Shown piece by piece: positions 1-14,352 of a stretch of 64,000 nt of DNA. A program made the position numbers and the translations under genes. The notes under the pieces are model-generated. The model saw nothing but the letters and a program-made list of their open reading frames with translations. It was not told the origin of the DNA and did not search any database. Numbering within the stretch: position 1 is the first letter of the stretch; every line of letters starts with the position of its first letter. This DNA comes from the human T2T-CHM13v2.0 reference genome, Homo sapiens, in assembly GCF_009914755.1 (NCBI RefSeq), contig NC_060934.1; one strand, written 5' to 3'.

Positions 1-304
1 GTTTTTTTATTTGTTTGTTTATTTTTGAGGCAGGGTCTTGCTCTGCCACCCAGGCTGGAGTTCAGGGATGCAATCATAGATCACTGTAACCTCGAACTCC
101 TGGGCTGGAGCAGTGCTCCCGCCTCAGGCTCCTGAGTAGCTAGGAGAACAAGTGACACCACACCCAGCTAATTTTTTAATTTTTTTGTAGAGATGGGGCT
201 TTGTATGTTGCCCAAGCTGGTCTTACCTTCTGGCCTCAAGTGATCCTCTTGCCTTGGCCTCCCAAAAGTGCTGGAATTGCAGACATGAGCCACCATACCC
301 GGCC
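1..304 (-). mobile_element. Alu (J-like)
   Basis: Antisense dimer with T tail, ends cccggcc. Confidence 0.9.
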
Positions 305-3300
305 TGGTTTTATTTTAAAAAACACTTTTGCTGCCCTTCTGTAAAATGTTAATTATATGTATGCACATTTTCTTTTATCTGGTGCTTCTCTAAATTCCTT
401 TAGCCCACGTCTTATCCAACTAGTCATGTGGGAATTTCCTCTTTGGGGAATTAAATATTTAATATTAACTTCTAGGTAGTACAGAGCAGCCCACTGTGTT
501 TCACTTTTGTATTATTCCTTTGTTAGCACTAAGTTTTCTGTATCAGCTTGTCTAGAATTTTTGTTTCAAAATTGTATTCTTCTAATTTATTTGCAGTTTT
601 TCTCTTCTAATTGTTTAATTGTCCATCCCCTACCCCCTGCCCCAAGGCAAATGTACTGTCTTTTATCCATATGTGCCCATAAATTCTAAACTCAAAGATT
701 TCTGGTTCTCCCTTATATTTATGGTATTTTTCTACTTCTCTGTTCAGTATATTTTTGCAAGTGTTTCAGTTTTCTTCAGTGTTTGAGGTTCTCTAGTGTG
801 TCATTTCATTTTCATGCATCAGAGTAATTCCTACCATTCTTATATGGAGTCTCTTACCTGATGATTTTTTAATTAGTAAAGTGCAATATTGAACAACATT
901 GAAGATTTTATTTCTTAATCTAAAACATAATATTTATTTAATAATGAAATGGAAATATAGGTTTTGTGAAAGGGAGAAAGGTGTTTCTCTAAATATTATA
1001 CCTGTGTCAAAAAGCTGCAAGTGCTACTACCACTGTTTTGTGACCCCTGAATGATTTCTGCTTTCTTTATATTAATACTTACTCTAATAGTAATTGAACT
1101 CCCAAAAAGATCACAAAGTCCCCAATTGCTAGCTTTATAAATACATTGATGTGTACCTTGTTTGATGAGATAAAAGCTTCAGTAAGTGATATCCCCACCT
1201 GTGTGGTTAATTTCAAAATATTGTTTGTCTAATACATTGTTGTCAGTGACAACTGAACAAGAACTTTTAGAAGCAGTTGGCTGTCCATTAATGGCAGATT
1301 TCAAGGCTATGCAAATTGTGCCAGTTCAGCCCTGCATTTTTTCGATATTATCATATCAATTGAGTCAGTTCAGAGTAGACAAAGCAAGGTTATGGGAACC
1401 ACCTAGAGCATCATGCACCATTTAACATCAATGCAGCATACATGAACATCTGCAACTTCGATCTTATTAACAGAGGATAGAATGGAAGGCAGTAAACAGC
1501 TTTCTTCATCACTTAATTGCAAAATAGTATTTCCTAATGTTTGCATTGTTTATCAACACGAACTTCATCAATAATTGTATAATTATGGTTGCCTAGATCA
1601 CAGTGCCCTCATGCATCTTGTCACTTATTATAGAGTGGTCTGAGTTTAATTTGAATTTGAACACATGATACAAGGATAATAATACAAGTTCCTTGAAATG
1701 TGAGTTGCATAATACAAAAATTTTGTGTAGTAGGAGAATGGCAAGTTATGATTCTTCAGTCACTTTGGGGATTAACACAAGGAAAAACAGGACTGAAAGG
1801 CAGTGAAAGATGAGGGGAAGCCACTAGTTAGATTCAAACATAGACCCATTGGACATGAGAGTAGGTTATGTTCCTTAGAATTAATCATGAGTAATTCGAT
1901 GTTTGCTTTAGGCCCAAATTGAGCTGAATTAAAACAGGATTATTATGCTTAGGTCTTCCCTTCAGTCTCTGTAGTTAAAGAGAGAAAATGGCAGAAAACT
2001 ACAAATATAGTGAGGAAAAAGCTATGGTGGCCAAAGTTAAAAATACCACATGCTGAGGAAAGCCTTGACATAGCTGCTCAGCCTTCATTGCTGTTGCTTT
2101 TGAAGCCTGATAATGCCACACTACTCCTAATTAGCAAATGTTAGTATTACAGTAAGCAATCAAGTGCAGTCTTCAGGCTTTGTGGCAGCAGTTTCGCAGT
2201 GCAAAATATTGAAGAAAAAATGAAGGAAAACAATATAAGCTCAGCCACAGTTATTGGTGTGGTCAGTGGGAGTTGTCTCACAAGAGAGCAGGAAAAGGAA
2301 AATGTGAAAAACAGTGGGTGCATTTAAAGCATGTAAGACAAGAGCTGGCTAGTCTGAAAAGTTTGTCTATTTTAATCATGAAAATCTCACATTTTTACTT
2401 AAATCCATTTTATATTTAAGGAAAAATCTAAGGCTTGTTCATGAAATTACACTTGAAATATTTTAATTTGTGGTTAGAGTCTCCTCCCCATCTCAAATTA
2501 AAAGGTATTAAATTGTATATTGAGTGAGCTCCGTTTGTACTCAGCTCTTCCCAATTAATAAACATAGTCATTTCCTTAAAAAAAAAAAACTCTAGAGTTA
2601 GAATGTTTTCTCTCACTAATTAGTCTGTATTTATGCCTTTAATAATTATCTGTTCATTTTCTAGCAGCAAATGTTTGTTCTCAGATTAAATTGGAGAAGG
2701 AAGGAAAAAAAAGATAGCTACCCACAGTATAGTATCCACAGACGATATAGAGTTATGTCCCTCTTTGTGTGGTTCTTGAGTATAATAGACATAACAGAAG
2801 CTTTCTTAATATGATAGTTAATCTATTATTTTCTGTATTTGGGGGATGCTAAGAACTGGTTTACTAGAGGTAATAGTTTGATCTGTAGTTATTTATGTTA
2901 AAATACTTTTTTAAAAGGTAATTACAGCTTCTACTATAAACTTGAAAAAGTTGGTCTAACTCTGTGCCGAATGAGCGGGGAGATATTACTATATACATAC
3001 ATATAAGTGTATATGCCTCTTACCTGAATACCTCAGGGAGCACACTTTTCTGAACCAGGGTTTTGTAATAAATGTGTGTACTACTAATTCTGACACATGT
3101 ATAGTTCTCCTTTAAATAACTTGTATGCAAACGTTATTCAGAAACGTCTTCTAGGAGCTATTTATCAAAACTGCTATAATAATAACTTTGTCCTAATGAG
3201 TTTCAGTCTCTGTTTAGGGAGTAATCGATAAACTACAAATTAATGTTCCATAATTCACATTATAATGCACATATAATTATTTTGAGATGAGGCAAACCCT

Positions 3301-3589
3301 ATGCATTTAATTTACAGCTATAATTAAGTAAGCTCATTTGATACTAATTAAGTAAGTCTAAAAGGATCATAGGTTTGTGTATTTAATTATCAAGGTACAA
3401 TCAGCAACTAATTCCTTGAAAAGCTTTCCTATCTTCAGTTCAACACTGATCTCAGCCCACACTACAATTTATCTTCTTGCATCTTCAATAGATTAAAATG
3501 CATTGTGAATTGTGGAGAATCTACTTGGTAAGTTAGCTTCTTTATTTAAAAAGTATATATATGTATATATATATACACATACATAGGCT

Positions 3590-4373
<784 letters not shown>

Positions 4374-4712
4374 GGTCAGGGCGCAGTGGCTCACACCTAT
4401 AATCCCAGTGCTTTGGGAGGCCAAGGCAGGCGGATTACGACGTCAGGAGATCAAGACCATCCTGGCCAACATGGTGAAACCCTGTCTCTACTAAAAATAC
4501 AAAAATTAGCTGGGCGTGGTGGCACGCAGCCTGTAGTCCCAGCTACTTGGGAGGCTGAGGCAGGAGAATCACTTGAACCCCGGAGGTAGGGGCAGGAGAA
4601 TCACTTGAACCTGGGAGGCGGAGTTTGCAGTGAGTCAAGATCGCACTACTGCACTCCAGCCTGGATGACAGACCGAGACTCCATCTCAAAAAACAAAAAA
4701 AGAAATAAAATA
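4374..4712 (+). mobile_element. Alu (Sc-like) with 32-nt internal duplication
   Basis: Full dimer; TSD aaaataagaaata. Confidence 0.92.
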
Positions 4713-4818
4713 AGAAATAATGAAGTTTTCTCTAGTTTTGTTAAAGTAGTATATAAAAATTAGATTATTAGAAAATACACTTAATTGCTAGCTTAGAAGT
4801 CTTTTAAATTCTACTGTC

Positions 4819-5113
4819 AGCCGGGCACAGTGTCTCACCCCTGTATTTCCAACACTTTAGGAGGCCAAGGTGGGAGGATCACTTGGGCCCAGGAGTTCAA
4901 GACCAGCCTCTGTAACATAGGGAGACCCTGTCTACAAAAAATTAAAACAATTAGCCAGGTATGATGGCAAGCACCTGTCATCCTAGGTACTCAGGAGGCT
5001 GAGGTGGGAGGACCACTTGAGACTGAAAGATTGAGGCTGCAGTGAGTCTTGATTGCACCACTGTACTCCAACCTGGGCGACAGAGTGAGACTCTATATCA
5101 AAAAAAAAAAAAC
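4819..5113 (+). mobile_element. Alu (J-like)
   Basis: Full dimer with A tail. Confidence 0.9.
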
Positions 5114-5612
5114 AAATTCTGTCAGTCAATCAACTAATATTCAAGTATTTAATATAGTAGGCTTCCTGCTAAGTTTCAACAATTGTCTCCATTTCTTCCC
5201 ACTAAATTTTTTAATGTATAGTCAAGAAGGAAGAGCTATCTGATGTCTAGAGTGACATTCTAGTGTTGGGAAATGCTAGATAAGATGTTCACATTTTCAG
5301 ATTTCCCAGCCACATTTAAGCTCAAAAAATATGAATACTTGTCCCCATGACTTTCCTGAAGGTCTAAAAGATATTTCTGTCTCCATCCCTTCAAAACCAA
5401 GATACCTGATTGTGAGGAGTAGAAGACCCCTATATGGTCCAGTGTATGTTCTCTTCAATCTCAAAGCGTGTTTAGAGTATTGCCATTGCTATCAGAAATG
5501 TGAACTTTCCCCTCAGATCCTAGATTTTCAGATTAAGCTAATCTTAGAACATGGGCTTTCCTCCTTCCTTATCAGAGGCCACTGTGGTAAAATATTATAG
5601 AAAGTAATTGTT

Positions 5613-5907
5613 GGCCAGTCGCAGTGGCTTATGCCTGTAGTCCCAACACTCTGGGAGGCTGAGGCGGGCAGATCATTTGAGGTCTGGAGTTTGAGACCAC
5701 CCTGGCCAACATGGTGAAACCCTGTCTCTACTAAAAATACAAAAATTAGCCGGGTGTCATGGCCGGCGTTTGTGGTCCCAGCTACTCGGGAAGCTGAGGC
5801 AGGAGAATCACTTGAACCCAGGAGGTGGAGGCTGCCAAGATCTCGCCACTGCACTCCAGCTTGCGTGACAGAGTGAGACTCTGTCTCAAAAAAAGTAATA
5901 ATAATAA
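5613..5907 (+). mobile_element. Alu (S-like)
   Basis: Full dimer. Confidence 0.9.
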
Positions 5908-7085
5908 TTGCTAATACCTAATGTTGCGCTTTACAGCTCACATAGAACATTTACTTATATTATCTAAAATGAGGTATTAAAATAGATGAACAAACTGATA
6001 TCTGGGCTGGGAGGGAGTTGTTGCTTCTTTTATTTCTTTGGGGTACTACTAGCACAGCCTGTCAGTACATTAAAAATAGAGACTTTTTGGCATTACTTTG
6101 TTTTTTCCAAGATTAACTAGCACAACACAAATTTCTTGTGCCTAGGTGTAACCAGTGTTGAGACTTCACATACCACACACAATTAATGACATCAACCTTG
6201 CAGTACTGACAGCGATATCATGCCCAGTTTGTATATGGTGTCTGGGTCATCTGAGGAAGTTAAAATAGTATTGTGATCTGTGAACAGGCCAAGTCTAGCA
6301 GGTGCCATTTGCATAGACTAGAATATAAATAGTATCCTCTAAAGCTATATGATGTAATGTCCCTAAAATGAATTATCTCCCATCTTCTTTCATTCTCAGA
6401 AACAAAAATACTGATTCTTGTATTGTTTGATGGAAAACTATTAGTTGTTCAACATAACCAGCAAAGTATAAAGACTTGACACCTAATGGCTTCTGTTTTC
6501 TCTGAGAGTTAGAATTAGTATGTAGCTTAAGAAGAGCTGTAGGCATTTAGAATGATATTTGGGGTGGTGGTGGGGAAATGGAGGCATCAGCTAGGGATAG
6601 TTTAGAACCAGTTCTAAATTGAGTGGAATTGCCAAAATTCGGTATGGTATTGGATAACAAATATGGCCTATTTTGACACAGGGTCTTAATTTTTTTTTTA
6701 ATAGGCTTGTGCCATTCTTCTTAATCTAATAGGCATTGGCAATCCCTAATTACGGAGAACTGGTTTGTCTAGTGACATCCCAAACATAGGAAGAATGTTT
6801 CCTTCTTTAAAATTTTTTGATAGACACTTGAGTCAAATGAAGAAATCCCAGATGAAAAATTTTAGAAAGGACATTCTACTCTCCTGTAGAATGGGAAAAT
6901 TGTCCCATTCAGCTAGTTGTAAGCCAAAGGAGAAAACTTAAGGGGTTGTATTATGCAGCTACATTTTTGAACTGATAACAGTTACCCTTCCCTGTCCTTT
7001 CCTGCCTAAACAGATCCTGATGCTGCAAACCAACATTTCTTTCTTTTTTTTTATCACTGTTGATGAAGGTTATTTAAAACAGAAT

Positions 7086-7274
7086 CAGTGATATGTTAGC
7101 AAATATTTTATGACTGGCTTTCAGGAAAAAAGAACATAGATTCATAGCAATTGTGTCATGGTTTAAATACTCCCACCATCAATGTGAGGTCACTGAATGT
7201 AGATTTGAGAAGAGCTTTGTATATGCAGAATTAATTCTCATTAGCCAATCTGAGCAGGCTCCAGCACACCACTG
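7086..7274 (-). mobile_element. MER63-like hAT (Blackjack) DNA transposon MITE
   Basis: Terminal inverted repeats cagtg.../...ccagcacaccactg; internal aaatactcccaccat...gtcactgaa. Confidence 0.65.
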
Positions 7275-7304
7275 ACAGTTAAAAGAGGTGGATGACTGAT
7301 GTGA

Positions 7305-7861
<557 letters not shown>

Positions 7862-7940
7862 TAGAACTTTCTACAGAACTATCAACATAACAATTGTATT
7901 TTCAATCTCTGCTTAGGAAAAATAACCAAACAGCAATTTA

Positions 7941-8485
<545 letters not shown>

Positions 8486-8644
8486 TTATTGACGGACTGA
8501 ATTTTCTTGGTTTTAGTTTAGTTCTTTAGATTATTCAATCTTTCCCAGAGCTGTGTCTTTGCCCAGAGACTTTATTGAACCTCAGAGATGTCTGGCTAGG
8601 CTGTAGCTCAACTTTAGATCCTTTAACAGAAGGAAGAACACGAG

Positions 8645-9085
<441 letters not shown>

Positions 9086-10003
9086 TTACAGGTAATTAAC
9101 CATATGTTACACATTTTAATCTGCTTTTAAGTGCAAGAGAGATTGGCAAATGACTTAATAAAGAAATGACTTCTGCTTAAATTGGATAAAATGGTTGTTT
9201 ACTGGTGTTTATTGCTGTATTCCAAGTAGACAAGTAATCTGTGAATCCAGTTTAGTTTATTGGACAATAAATGGTACTCAGAACTTTTATCAGTGTTTGA
9301 TTGTCAGGATGCCCATTGAAATTGACTTCATACTTAGGGAACTTTAATTTTATTGTACAGTATGCACTGTTAAAAAAAATATCCTTGTCTTTCAGTATAA
9401 ACCTATGACATTGCCTTGTGGCATTATCATCCCTGAGATGCTTTCTTGCTCTAAGATTTCTTCTATGTCATAAAGAAAAAAGGAACTTTTGGTTCCTTCA
9501 TATCTAATGCAGTTTTTTCTTTTGTAAACTCTAAATATTTTCCATTGCCACCATCAACAATTCAAATAACAATCTTACTGATGGAAAGTCCATGATTAGA
9601 AATAGCTGCTTCTTCAAAAATAAAGAACTTTGTATGTACCTATCCATTTTGAAAATCTTAACCATTGTGCTCAGAAGGAGAGATATGATTTTAAGAAGGG
9701 TCACATTTAGAATACCAATAATGTCCTACTCCTGAAATAATTGGGACCAGGCCGCTAAAAAGAAAGCACCTGATGTTTGGCCTTTCAGTATTTTCTATAA
9801 CTATGACGCCTTGGTCCAAATTATCTAATAAATGCTTCTTCCTATTCTCCCGCCCTAAGAGTCCATGGTCTCTTTATAAAGAAGAATCATATACATACAG
9901 ATATTACTTGAATTTATATGGCATCCTCATGAGGTGAATCCCACCTATGTCACTTAGGATTCATTTGATTGCCCTGGTTTGATCCAATTCAAGTATTAAT
10001 TCA

Positions 10004-10310
10004 GGCCAGGTGCAATGGCACATGCCTATAATCCCAGCACTTTGGGAGGCCGAGGTGGGCAGATCACTTCAGTTCAGGAGTTCGAGGCTAGCCTGGCCAA
10101 CATGGGGAAACCCCCGTCTCTACTAAAGATACAAAAATTAGCCGGGTGTGGTGGCAGGCACCTGTAGTTCCAGCAACTTGGGAGGCTGAGGCAGGAGGAT
10201 TGCTTGAACCCGGGAGGCAGAGGTTGCAGTGAGTAAGCCAAGATTGTGCCACTGCACTCCAGCCTGGGTGACAAGAGTGAGACCCTGTCTCAATAGAAAA
10301 AAAAAAAAAA
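10004..10310 (+). mobile_element. Alu (old S-like) abutting the 5' end of the POLR3D retrocopy
   Basis: Full dimer with A tail; no TSD of its own is visible. Confidence 0.92.
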
Positions 10311-12283
10311 GGCCAATATGGGCCCAGGGCCTGCCATTCAGACTTCCGCTTGTGGCAGAGACCAAGGGATGGCAGCAGGTTAGTCGCAGGTGAAGTCATA
10401 ACAAGCGGTGTGGAGCCGCACCTGGGCAACATGTCGGAAGGAAATGCAGTGAGCGAACCCAGCACTCTGCAAGGGCCCCGACCCCTCCTGACTGGGGCCC
10501 AGGAGCTCAGCAGGCAGCGACTGGCACCCCTTCACCCCGGGCCGCCTTCCCTTCATCCGCTCTGGGAACCTTACCCTGGGGGTTGAGGTTGGGGGTCAAG
10601 AAGAAAACCTTCACCCCAAATATCATCAGTCAGAAGAACCCAAGGAAGAAGTAACCGTCAAGAAGGAGAAACATGAAAGGGACAGAGATGGACAGAGACA
10701 GGTGCATGGACAGGGATGAGGCCACCCAGAAGTGATCCAGTCTCACTCCATCTTTGAGAAGGGCCCAGCTGAAATGATGAAGAAAAAAGGAACTGGAATA
10801 AGAAAGTGAATGTGTCAGACATGGGACCTTCTCATATCGTCCACATCAAAAAAGAGAAGAAAGAGTTGGACGAAGACACGAAACATCTCACCATGCTGTA
10901 GAAGGACGATTTCATTGATGACCCTGGGCTGAGGAATGACACTCGCAACATGCCTGTGCAGCTGCCACTGGCTCACTCAGGGTGGCTTTTTAAGGAAGAA
11001 AACAATGAACCAGATGTTAAACCTTGGCTGGCTGGCCCCAAGAAAGAGGTGGGGGTACCTACTGTGAAACTGAAAGAGGAGCTACAAGATGAGGAGGAGG
11101 CCAAGATAAAGGCTCCTTCCAGAGCAGCCAGGAAGACCCCCGGGCCTCCCGAAGGACATATCCGTGGCAGAGCTGCCCAGGGAGCTGAGCCTCACCAAGG
11201 AGGAGGAATTGCTGTTCCTCCAGTTGCCAGACACCCTCCCTGGCCACCCACCTATCCAGGACATCAAGCCCATCAAGGCAGAGGTACAGGGCAAGGACAG
11301 AGAGGTGGTACTCATCAAGCAGGAGAACGACCAGGAAGCCAGGCTGGCAAAGAATGCTTCTACCCTAGCTGACCTGACAGAGGGTCAGGTTGGCAAGCTG
11401 CCCATCTGCAAGTCCGAAAGGGTGCAACTCCTCCTGGGCAAGGTGACTCTGGACGTGACCATGGGAACCGCCTGCTCTTTCCTGCAGGAGCTGGTGTCTG
11501 TGGGCCTTGGAGAGAGTAGGACTGGGGAGATGATAGACCTGGGACATGTGAAGCACAAACTTCTGTGTTCCCCCGATTTTGAATCCCTCTTGGATCACAA
11601 ACACTGGTAAAATGATCAGATGGAGGAGGATGGCGGCTGCTGTCTGCTCCAGACATTTTGTTCTCGAATCTCTGCAACCCAGGAGAGGCCAGTTGAGCCC
11701 ACCCACTCCAGCCTTTGGCAGCCATTGTCCCAGTTTCCCCCAGGGCCCACAGGGCTTCCTCCCACAGCAGCTGTGAATGGCACAGTTACCTTCCCACAGT
11801 GTGAAGATGGTACATCCTTGCTGCTGGGGACTTGTCCATGCTATTTGTTTTTGTATTTATATTTTGTATTTTGTCTTAATCTCTTCAACTGACTGCATCC
11901 TCCCAAGGGAGGAGGGAGGATCTGTGGGAAGGTGCAGGCTTTTGGTGGCTGTTGGGCCGTCAGGCAGCAAGTGTGAGGACTGCAGCTTTTGCTGGTGCTC
12001 CCTTCTTCCTCCCAGAGGCAGTATAGGAGAGAGAGCAAGGATTGAGTCTGAGACTTAAGCATGGGGTCCCAACTCATCAGTTCCTGGTTCTGTATCCTTG
12101 CGCAAACTACCTAACCTTTCTGAGCCTCCTGTTCCTCATCTGACAAAAATGGGGATGATACCTACTTCACAGGGTTGACGTGAGGATTACATGGGATATT
12201 ATAGATGAAAACTCCTTGCACAAGGCCAGAACCAGTAGCCACTCAATAAATGTTAATTTCCTTTTAAGTAAATAAATAAATAA
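10311..12283 (+). pseudogene. POLR3DP1: Processed pseudogene of POLR3D (RNA polymerase III subunit RPC4/RPC53, BN51), with 5'UTR, CDS remnant 10431-11610, 3'UTR and decayed poly(A)
   Basis: Intronless. MSEGNA..., KKKTFTPNIIS, MPVQLPLAHSGWLFKEE and ...LGHVKHKLLCSPDFESLLDHKH match POLR3D. Frameshift near 10530 and in-frame stops TGA 10717-10719 and TAG 10899-10901. AATAAA at 12245, (TAAA)n tail at 12269-12283, degenerate TSD. The symbol is recalled, not verified. Confidence 0.93.
12085..12257 (+). mobile_element. MIR within the retrocopied 3'UTR
   Basis: taacctttctgagcctcctgttcctcatctg...ctcaataaatgtta resembles the MIR core and 3' end. Confidence 0.75.
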
Positions 12284-12321
12284 TCAAATGTTAATTCAAA
12301 GTCCCACATGAGAGCGTTCTG

Positions 12322-12664
12322 TGTTTTGTGGTGTTTGTTTTGTTTTGTTTTAGAGACAGGGTCTCATTCTTTCACCTAGGCTGGGGTGCGGTGGCACAAT
12401 CACAGCTCACTGCATCCTCGAATTCCTGGACTCAAAGGATCCTCCTGCCTCAGCCTCCTGAGTAGCTGGAACTATAGACATGTGCTACCATACCTAGCTA
12501 GTTTTTTTTTTTTTTTAATCTGTAGACTGCCTCTGTGGACAGTTTTTCAAATTTTTTGTAGAAACAGGGCCATGCTTTGTTGCCCAGACTGGTCTTGAGC
12601 TCCTGGCCTCGAGTGTTCCTCCCACCTTGGCTGAGACGACAGGTGTGAGCCACTGCACGTGGTC
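12322..12664 (-). mobile_element. Alu (J-like)
   Basis: Antisense dimer with an insertion in the middle A-rich region. Confidence 0.88.
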
Positions 12665-13044
12665 AGCCTTCTATCTTTAAACAGGATCTGAATCTAGATT
12701 CATCAACTCATAAATATGTTCTCATTTTTAAATGATGGAATGATGGAAAGTGAAAGCACCAATCAAATCATATTTTCATTATTTCCAGAATGTGTTCAGC
12801 ACAGTTAGGTCTGGAAAGGTTTTTGGGAAAGGTTGTGCAAGGTTGAATTTATTCACTGTTGAAATAGCACCTCTAAATTTCAAGCAATTGTATGATTTAC
12901 TTTTATACAAGTGTCAGAAATGCTAAATTATTAAATCCCAATGGCAGGATCACTGACAACTAGAAACTTGAGTTTATTTGCTTCCGTGGTTTACTAAACT
13001 AAGCTAGAGAAATATAGTACAGTTATTTACTACTTAAGATCAGC

Positions 13045-13760
13045 CAGAAAATGTATAGTGAGTTCATACTGTACTAGATTCTGGGAGATAATCAAATGTA
13101 AAACATATACCAGTCTCAAGGAAGTTAAAATCTAGTAGGAATAATCACTATATTCAGCAATAATTGTTAATTGAGCACCTACTCTGTACTAGATACAGTA
13201 CTAAGAGCTGGGAATAAGATTAAGTCATAATTCCTACCTATAAGGAGTTCAAAGTTTAGTTGAGAAGACATTTGTAAAGAAGTAATTGTAACTATGATAG
13301 ATACCTTCCTGGAAGTATGTGAAGGTTATAAGTGATGGCATAAAAGAGAATAATCAGTTCTGCTTGGAGGCCAAGGACTATAGCCAAGAAGACATGCCTT
13401 ATTTGGAACTAAGAGTGAAAGACAATTTGAAATGTAGACTTGATACATACACAAGAATAAAAGATCATGGCACATTTGGGACATCATGAGTATGACCAAA
13501 GAGTAACTGACTAAAGTTACTCTTTTGGTCAGGGAAAGATAAAGTTTGAACAATAGGCTGGATTCATATCCTAGAGTTAAGAGTTCATTCAATAGAGAAC
13601 CATTGAAGAGTTTTTAACAGGGGAATAACATCAGATTTGTATTCATGAAAAAGTACTCTGTTTATTCATCATATATTTATTGAGCCCCTATAATATACCA
13701 GGCATAGTTCTGGATGCTAGCAATCATCAGAAAAAAATATTGCCTTTTCTATAGCTCCTC
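13045..13760 (-). mobile_element. L2 fragments
   Basis: ttgagcacctactctgtacta and tatttattgagcccctataatataccaggca are typical L2 3'-end motifs. Confidence 0.6.
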
Positions 13761-13852
13761 TTACCTAGGCAGCCAAGTTTTGTGCCCTGAGCCCTAGCTC
13801 CTTTCCTGTGCTCAGCTGAGTGAATCAGGGTTAGGAACATAACCAAAGGTAG

Positions 13853-14203
<351 letters not shown>

Positions 14204-14352
14204 GGAAACCAGTTCTTCAGATAAGAGAGTGCAGCATGTAACATTTAAAGAAGTAGAGACCAGGTTGACATGAACAGCTTTATAGTAAGATTAAAGTGAT
14301 ATGCTTCATTTAGTGAACCTATTAAAGATAACAGAAACCTCGTTAATTCATT

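Noticed and set aside
10311-10430. Copy of miR-320a, which lies in the parental POLR3D promoter
   Set aside because: Neither AAAAGCTGGGTTGAGAGGGCGA nor its reverse complement is visible in the leader.
10431-11610. Functional POLR3D retrogene
   Set aside because: Multiple frameshifts and in-frame stops (10717, 10899).
11059-11892. Antisense and 3'UTR ORFs overlapping the pseudogene
   Set aside because: Shadow ORFs of GC-rich former coding sequence; no recognisable homology.
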